A stretch of 59,025 bases of DNA, counting the filler, from Stramenopiles sp. TOSAG23-6 (taxonomy: Eukaryota): assembly GCA_900128565.1 (NCBI GenBank). It is 2 parts of 2 records of this genome, joined end to end, with 100 filler letters (N's around TTAATTAATTAA, not from the genome) between each part and the next. Parts side by side here need not be neighbours in the genome. Positions count along the whole stretch, not along the records: positions 29,690 to 59,025 come from LT635971.1; 1 more part is not named here. One strand, given 5' to 3'. This document shows positions 53,901 through 59,025 of the stretch, in pieces. The notes beneath the pieces were generated by a model. It saw nothing but the letters and a program-made list of their open reading frames with translations. It was not told the origin of the DNA and did no database searches. The translations under genes and the position numbers were made by a program. The first letter of the stretch is position 1; every line of letters begins with the position of its first letter.

Positions 53901-54620
53901 AATAGCGGAGGTTGGTCTCCATGGTCCAATTCTTCTCCTTATTGNTACACTGAAGAGAGAGATACTAAAAGAAAAAACGTAAGNAATCAAATGACANGCG
54001 AGTTGGAACTCGCCGCAGAACGTGGCGGAGATAGTATAGTCAGAAAATTAGAGCAATATCCATGCAATTTACAAAATGTGCAATGGGCCCTTGGNGCGCT
54101 ATGCGCAGTAGTTGGAAGACGCGATGATAAGTGGAGTGTTCTAAAATCGCGCGTATTAAAAACGGTGCTGTCAGCAATGGAGACACATAAGACATGTCCA
54201 GAAGTCGCATCATTAGGTTCACAGTTTATTTGTATGGTTTGGGTTGGGGATAGTAAATATGAACGAAATCTTAAAAGGGATGTCGATTTAATGAGATATG
54301 TAATTTCGTCTATTGTGCAGCTTTCAAAANATTGGACAAAACATCCAAAAGTAAACCCTTTAATTCGATATGCCGAAAGTTCAACACGTCAATGTCTNAG
54401 AGAACATCTAACATATGACCCTGCAGCAAAACAACGGAAAGCGGAAGAAAAAAGGCAAAAGCAAAGAGAACGACGACAGATAGCAGCCGAAGCAGAAAAT
54501 GAAAGACGACGGAAGAGACGAGAAAAATTTGGCGCATCTCAGTATAGTAAATATGCTACAGAAGTAAGAGCAAAAACTCCAAACGAAGGTGAAGAACTTT
54601 TAAAAAGACTGATGATGTGA
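47931..54620 (+). CDS. 2229-aa multidomain protein: SAM, FN3, caspase-like, WW, coiled coils, second FN3, ARM-like C-terminus
   Basis: SAM: DVCRWLKANGL...ELDG.ILL.IT.EDL. FN3: FRVKFRNESGWGVWS and FRIRARNSGGWSPWS. WW: LPGWQSKIDSEGCVVYVNNMTGERRYVRP. Caspase-like: LVILDICH. Confidence 0.75.
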   Translation: MANRPTSSSLTTSKFAPKFSTQTVASSNLSISTSNPYFVPGAVRLPRHFENTNEEDEILNIRDQRRSRRRRRKRWMKFGKARSVVWNGGYSGKANNDASFSAGQQHPATLGVRMLKTNILDGQLKYIDSIGNNPYIHPASYVTCAHEKGTNPLIGANSNDVCRWLKANGLEVFVEYXDEQELDGXILLKITAEDLIEMEEGSKAQQDSLLLAIKRACDVKAPPRKPPNATMLRPVSSSDKYHPHLAKDSLSVQFLTPGENHFHAEYLHPASVSFESSIEPWRLQYSMQTSIINPVFYGQYIDAPPPPRGKPPVVSAVSLTKMRVQWIDPSQPIKDVSDESSPRKKHHKRRKSRRSTKGEMKKTFKDGIKLPTEKVVLSSIAAEAIGWPRVKLGSSKKSKIVPMMKYTNQKLLENTKYDNAADEVNTRNTSATCVYEVNNLPIGLPCDFRVKFRNESGWGVWSKLSLPVRTTNFLKSFVFTSVKIGKQGSLNSAISLAGTRIHRRLTSRYYCGIPKENAIYLSNCKKEKFVEKMITFAWNMGYSARSSQCHLIFYFSVATACCTIKGSLQSFIVFEDTLFDSLDGFKKTSVSFSELAELIKNTNGRRKLVILDICHEKITGFERKMKSGIGSSTTLYGNPHNGAVAKMSXSCGPGVVVFSSCSEPFQPSKAFRKAKARALKRNLPIEDFQPAFAGYATAAELEADFQNRMQYKGSEYFKKVTLEAEKVRMTEMDGVNAKDREEAKKMLARYERARKLMDAAGDYERAEVSEHSSDSQNELLATSKEKKSKEKTKKKKKKLKKKPIEVPKKKKGEGNKDGDSDSDWEEDRIKKAKAAAKAAKEKAEQDAIDAKEAKKKAAKEKKKAEANEIKRQQRREARLRMLPGWQSKIDSEGCVVYVNNMTGERRYVRPLVEDAVKVSVFSFFLXKGLASDTDSPVKSRLGIDCKLLCDFVTENTTXAAKSVIAASVSHAITLKKLKQKKKKKNKEPEHKKDPTLVGASQQRPCIFYLPLSGLKIKYQLQANENERIXLKADAASSMAKLAEEYASAEAAAEAKYLAEVESKNKQEQXKQKKKKNKKTEVPGFADVAEKHACVAAQIAAEVAAEAEAAEXALVEAAVKAKERAEKNESDEEYSEEEKQDVKPSKGXALPIAQWHVWLRGELCDEAKLKPPEVKSKSLFSGHMGRILDVTQKTXQMSTSANVQTPNLAKPSFITHRSVRVIEPDLVADHPEELSEEIVDFKGPTMEKKIEKKAGSAFWPSSETWVDIRIGILKTPHPKEVPKKGEHALKHTLSSIVELQKSSNTENTNTNTTQQRAKLAGASAFLRVTAKARKDNYTKLSSDTVEEKKKEIDALKNTVEHDALNQGIRVGEVGANKTSKKNRKEEKTKVTFSQRAEQIRVKALALKAKGESLAAIAMKAKEEYIARKSMPEEEKQKILEDQAVEMAVTGNAPPPSQMQXAKAKFKAXAAMAAKTAQAKLKTQMKERLGVDLNELIEKIPSQLRPSSRAGNDTDEEKDDDKNKMXKNANVVADAVAERLASLVRGEGNKEEVAKDLSRRKNRKPKTQLEEVALLEAEIERMNNGDGQEIHKKHSKRGGRDAEADAAASAVLANAVKHKKRKVPKIMQRAMEVQQMRTLXKGSPVDLKCTMSFPVCCLPLAPPAPRNIRALCSTHSSITIEWENPADLDWVEAVDEAKKNQRLARSNQKKNNRTSKMKPKSKEAKMIEKKRMEEAIKNEAKPAEKPQWMLDRIAEKEAAEKLKAEAEAKAKAEADRIAEANMTAAQLQKRKGEKEKQQRIEREKQXKQKESERRRANILTPEQKHVYELAEVARKVLXKDIDNTVPRWKGAPILEFEFQKRGILRGNKNWVAAGTCPGSRRITRITKADKLLXDXESYNQLWNLEEKAIRRRNRKISAAKQAMAIGGGPSTMEAKKRRAKMSMSRLEREAEEDALISIASSTSRLEEKRITHTQCVRCLTSGTTFMFRIRARNSGGWSPWSNSSPYXYTEERDTKRKNVXNQMTXELELAAERGGDSIVRKLEQYPCNLQNVQWALXALCAVVGRRDDKWSVLKSRVLKTVLSAMETHKTCPEVASLGSQFICMVWVGDSKYERNLKRDVDLMRYVISSIVQLSKXWTKHPKVNPLIRYAESSTRQCXREHLTYDPAAKQRKAEEKRQKQRERRQIAAEAENERRRKRREKFGASQYSKYATEVRAKTPNEGEELLKRLMM

Positions 54621-54695
54621 AATTTTAATAAACACAAATAATTTTTGATATACTATTACAATGAACTATAGACAGCACAGTTTAATATTTAGTNG

Positions 54696-56369
54696 TTATA
54701 AAGGCTCAGACCACCATTCAGGATGGACGATTAAAGNTTCATTCAGTGAATTTGATACGACAGCGGAAAGCTCTTTCGCATCATCTCCATCACAATCATT
54801 ATCGGAANGACTTATATCAATTTGGTGAGAGTCATTTTGNACANCAGAATGATTTTCACGAGATTTTTCATCTTCAACAACCGGTATTAGCGAAGAAAGA
54901 ACTATNGTTCCAAGTAATTGCAATATGACTGTAATGACAAAAGTATAACCGTATCCTTTTGAATCTGAAATGATGCCTCCAAGCGCCGCCGAACCACACC
55001 ATCCAAAGCTGGCAATTGACTCCAAACTTTTCCATCTAGCTCGTTTATCTTTAGAAACATTGTCCATCAGAACACTTTCTTCGAGTGGATAAGTTGCATT
55101 CATTACTATATAATATGAAATATATAAACACTATTATAAATGAATAAAATANANATAATAATAAAGATTACACGCTTCAAATNGTCCTTCAAACATACTA
55201 GCTGTCCTAAAAACATAAATTGGAACCACAATTTTAGGATCCACTACCTTTATGAAGTAAAAGTGACTCATGAGACCGAGTAGACAAATTCCGATACACT
55301 TAGCTACAAGTACAGCTTGGATACGCCCGATTTTATCACCAAGTATGTATTGTGAAAAATACGTCAAATTTGAAATTCGTTTGGGACAAAATTTGATACG
55401 AAAATGAAATTGAAATGAATAAACGAGGAAGAAGTACATTTTAAAAACTTGAGAAAAAGCAATAAGGAAAAAAGGTACTATAACATAGATCAATTGGACT
55501 TCNCCTGGATTTAAAGATAGCGATGTTTTAAAGTATAGTGGGAAAAACTTAACAGTCATTCCCGAACCCAATGCTGTCAGAACATCACCAATAAACATTA
55601 CGAGNGGGATGTTCGTTTTACTAACAAGAGCACATTTATNCTGCGCGCTTAAAGCAACAGCCTCATTAGTTTCTTGNGGGTTGAGTTGTGCATACTCAAG
55701 AGAACTTATATTTTCAGTGTCTTCACTATTTTCATCCTCAGCTAGGTCATCGCGAAGCAAGAAGGAGAGAAATACTGGAAATAACTCAATTGCTAGCCCT
55801 GCGAGAAATATAGGTCTTATAAAAGGAACTGTCCAGGAATCTCCGTGTACATGGAATATAAAATATGAAATTAAAGCACCGATGGACTGAGGCAACACAT
55901 ATGATGCCATCAAGTAGACGTAGTATTTTGAGCGTTTGCCTTTTGGGACTGAATCAGCAAAAAGAGCTTGACAGGGCCCGTTAAAGATACCTTGACCAAT
56001 TCCCCAAACTACCATGCAACCCATAAGCAAATAGTACTCACTTTTATGAGAAAGTTTCTCTACAAACATAACAGCATATGCGGTTGCAAGAGTACCCAAG
56101 AAAAACATAACACCTCCTATTTTAATAACTGGCGATCGACCCCATTTATCGGCGAGATATCCNACAGGTAGTGCGAAAACCAAAGCAGCAACTCCCTGTG
56201 CTGCCTCGACAAAACCAACACTCGAGTTTTTCTCAGTAAGAATATATAGCCATCCAGCTAGGACTGCACCTGCCCATATTGAATCAGCTAGACCCCAGAA
56301 AGAACATAGGATTAGAGTAACCCATACATTGCGACTCACGTCATTTCTATCCCTATCTGCAATGTGCAT
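54696..56369 (-). CDS. MFS transporter; exons 56369-55438, 55344-55199, 55105-54696
   Basis: Motif A GYLADKWGRSPV in the N-half and LGDKIGRIQ in the C-half, with multiple hydrophobic helices. One GT-AT and one GT-AG intron. Confidence 0.9.
55106..55198 (-). other. Canonical GT-AG intron (93 nt)
   Basis: A|GTATGT...TATATAG|TAATG gives RTA-I-MNATYPLEES and removes an in-frame stop. Confidence 0.85.
55345..55437 (-). mobile_element. GT-AT family intron, diverged copy F (93 nt, in frame)
   Basis: AAAT|GTACTTC...TTTTCGTATCAAATTTTGTCCCAAAC...TTTTTCACAATACAT|ACTT. Removal deletes a 31-aa F/Y-rich insert just before LGDKIGR. Confidence 0.8.
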
Positions 56370-57012
56370 AGTATTGAAATTTTTTTGTCTTTGTTTACAA
56401 GTGTGTAGAAGTAAAACAATTTCGTGTGGGTTCGTGGATTTGAGATTGGAGATATTGGTCAATAGTTCCGAATTTAATTTTAGCGAAATGAACNATTACC
56501 GGGTAACATTGAATGGAATAAATCCGTGCGCCGAGCACTGAAAACCTGGGCTGGTACAGTATTGAATATTCTACAATACACCAAGTGATACCAGGTACCA
56601 ACAGATATGCATCGTAAAATGCATTCTATCCAGACAGANTTTACAAATGAGAAGCACAAAATAGTTGAATCATCGCANACTAAGAATATTTCTAGCAAGT
56701 GATACTCAGCAAAGTCAATATTGGATGCCTACCAATTTTGTAGTAAAAATGAATACTCCAACAACAAGAAAGAACAAAAAACAACAAAAATATAAAATNG
56801 TTAAACTGAATAAAATAATTGGTAAGTAAGCTTGCTCTTCATTTAAAACCTGTCATCAAATTAACCTCTACAAACACTATATAAATGGAACACTANAAGT
56901 NAAAAGAAATTTCNATTGACGAAAATATCAAAAANCATCTTCAGCCCCCTAGTAAACAGAGATTAAATCGACCACAGATCCATACAGACTAGATTGTTAT
57001 ACAACACATGAT

Positions 57013-57435
<423 letters not shown>

Positions 57436-57899
57436 ATTGAAAAAAGTTTTTAGGGTGTTGAGAAAGCTGCTTACTACACACGGGGCGGAAGAAAGGGACG
57501 AACAACAAAGCCAATAAATAAAGCTTGAACGCGAGCTGACTTCAATTATTATATGATGGGACAGGTTTGTTCCAAATATTGAAAAAGAGATTTTTTAATT
57601 TTCAAATTTGGCGAAGGCCTTCAACTGACTGGTACCGAGTACGACAAAACANTACTACAATTNAAATTATATTACTTTCACTGAGATCTATGTTATACTC
57701 CATATTTGAAAGATTTCACGATCCAGTAACATATTTATCCCTGTGGTNGAATTGAGCGAAGTACTTTCAAAACGGTGGGAAATTGAGGATAGTNTGGATT
57801 ATTATTTTTTTTCTAGATAGATGGTACCAGTTNTATATTACAAGAATACTTTGATCCGTGAACTTTTTATTTTCATTTCAATAGAACAAAGTTAATTGA

Positions 57900-59024
57900 T
57901 TAAAAGTATTGGTTTCTACCACGCAAAACTTCTTGTTTGTATCTCCTTTGCTGCTCAACAAGAGTTAACTTCGGCGCAAGAGGTCGCCCAACCGCGGACA
58001 CTCCCTTATGACCTCTTGTCCTCAATCTAGTTTGATGTCGTTGAGGTGCTGAACCTGACTCAACTATTCCTGGTAGTTTATTTCCTTTTTCTAAAGTGTG
58101 TAGTCTCATTGATTTTTCTTCTTCAGATACTTGTGCAAGATGTCGAACTATTTCATCGTACTCAGGTGGTTTTGGTCTATTATCATGAAAATCATCCAGC
58201 GAATGCGTTGCTACNAGAGTACCACCCACAGAGCTTTTAATTTTCCTTGGTGGTAGAGAATAACTGCGCCTCGTGTCTCTGCGAGGTAAACCTGAGTGCA
58301 TAGTTTTCAATCCATTTTGAAGCCCCTTCATCACATAGCCTTGTCTTCGATCTAGTATTTTTGACATAAGAAGACGTNTCATATCTGGGTTGAGATTTTC
58401 TGGTATTTGTCCAGCTTTATTTTTTACTTGTAATACCGCCCCAAATTCAAGTAACTCAACTATAATGTCTATATGACCCAAAGCAAATGCCATGTGAGTC
58501 GCTGTATTTCCAAATGAATTTTTGGCGTTAACATTGGCGTTATAGTCAAGTAATAATTGTACAGATCCTAACTGACCTCCACGTGCGGCATGCATCAAAG
58601 GCGTTGTACCATTAGAATCAGGAACTTCAAGCATAGATATATTTTCTTCCATTAGGTGAGATATAGTTGATACGTCGCCATGTAAGGCCGCCACGGATAA
58701 CGGACTCATTTTCATGTGTTGACTTGAATTCCATTTAAAGTTAGCCTTACAATGAGGATCGGAAGAATACTTTTTCTTTCCTTTTTTTACTTTTCCTCCC
58801 CTTTTCTTTGCTTTATTAAACTTTGGGTCCTTTTCTTCGACCTTGAGAGGTTTAATCTCAGATAAAACACGAGGCGGTTTAGCAGGTAATGCAAATGGGC
58901 GCCCAATGCCTTTACTATGAGTATAGTCTTGAGTACCCCTTGTTGATACCATTAACTCCCTACTTCCGTGTTCATCAAGCATTTCTGTNTCATTGGGAGC
59001 AACTTGGGACACAGAAGCAGGTGT
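57900..59024 (-). CDS. Ankyrin-repeat protein; start uncertain (frame open to the window edge, first ATG at 58982)
   Basis: SPLSVAALHGD, GTTPLMHAARGGQ, GNTATHMAFALGH, KNKAGQIP. Confidence 0.8.
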   Translation of the reverse strand, partial: TPASVSQVAPNXTEMLDEHGSRELMVSTRGTQDYTHSKGIGRPFALPAKPPRVLSEIKPLKVEEKDPKFNKAKKRGGKVKKGKKKYSSDPHCKANFKWNSSQHMKMSPLSVAALHGDVSTISHLMEENISMLEVPDSNGTTPLMHAARGGQLGSVQLLLDYNANVNAKNSFGNTATHMAFALGHIDIIVELLEFGAVLQVKNKAGQIPENLNPDMXRLLMSKILDRRQGYVMKGLQNGLKTMHSGLPRRDTRRSYSLPPRKIKSSVGGTXVATHSLDDFHDNRPKPPEYDEIVRHLAQVSEEEKSMRLHTLEKGNKLPGIVESGSAPQRHQTRLRTRGHKGVSAVGRPLAPKLTLVEQQRRYKQEVLRGRNQYF

Positions 59025-59025
59025 T

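Noticed and set aside
15455-55437. Reading the family as U12-type AT-AC introns
   Set aside because: No ATATCCT donor, and copies B and D cannot be read as AT-AC in frame.

Overview
Gene-dense, AT-rich eukaryotic nuclear DNA, probably from a heterotrophic stramenopile-like protist (inferred from the character of the AP-1 mu, RPL23 and HECT proteins; not verified). It consists of two contigs joined by an artificial N44-TTAATTAATTAA-N44 linker (29590-29689). About 16 genes are supported: an LRR protein, a Tudor/Agenet-like protein, a PH-ankyrin protein, PH-TTC39, a secreted 5-repeat protein, a vezatin-like protein, AP-1 mu, a methyltransferase-fold protein, a secreted alpha/beta-hydrolase, a Myb factor, an SDR, a 5075-aa HERC-like E3, a SAM/FN3/caspase-like/WW protein, an MFS transporter, RPL23 and an ankyrin protein. 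The main discovery is a family of mutually similar 91-99 nt introns (6 complete, 2 partial, both strands, 5 genes). They start with GT, carry a palindromic CGTACG core and a GTACCTAAC branch-like motif, and end in AATACAT. The only boundary common to all six that restores the reading frames and conserved Myb and TTC39 motifs is GT...AT, not GT...AG. Ordinary GT-AG introns coexist with them. This points to an introner-like mobile intron family with a non-canonical 3' splice site. It is inferred from DNA only and needs RNA confirmation.
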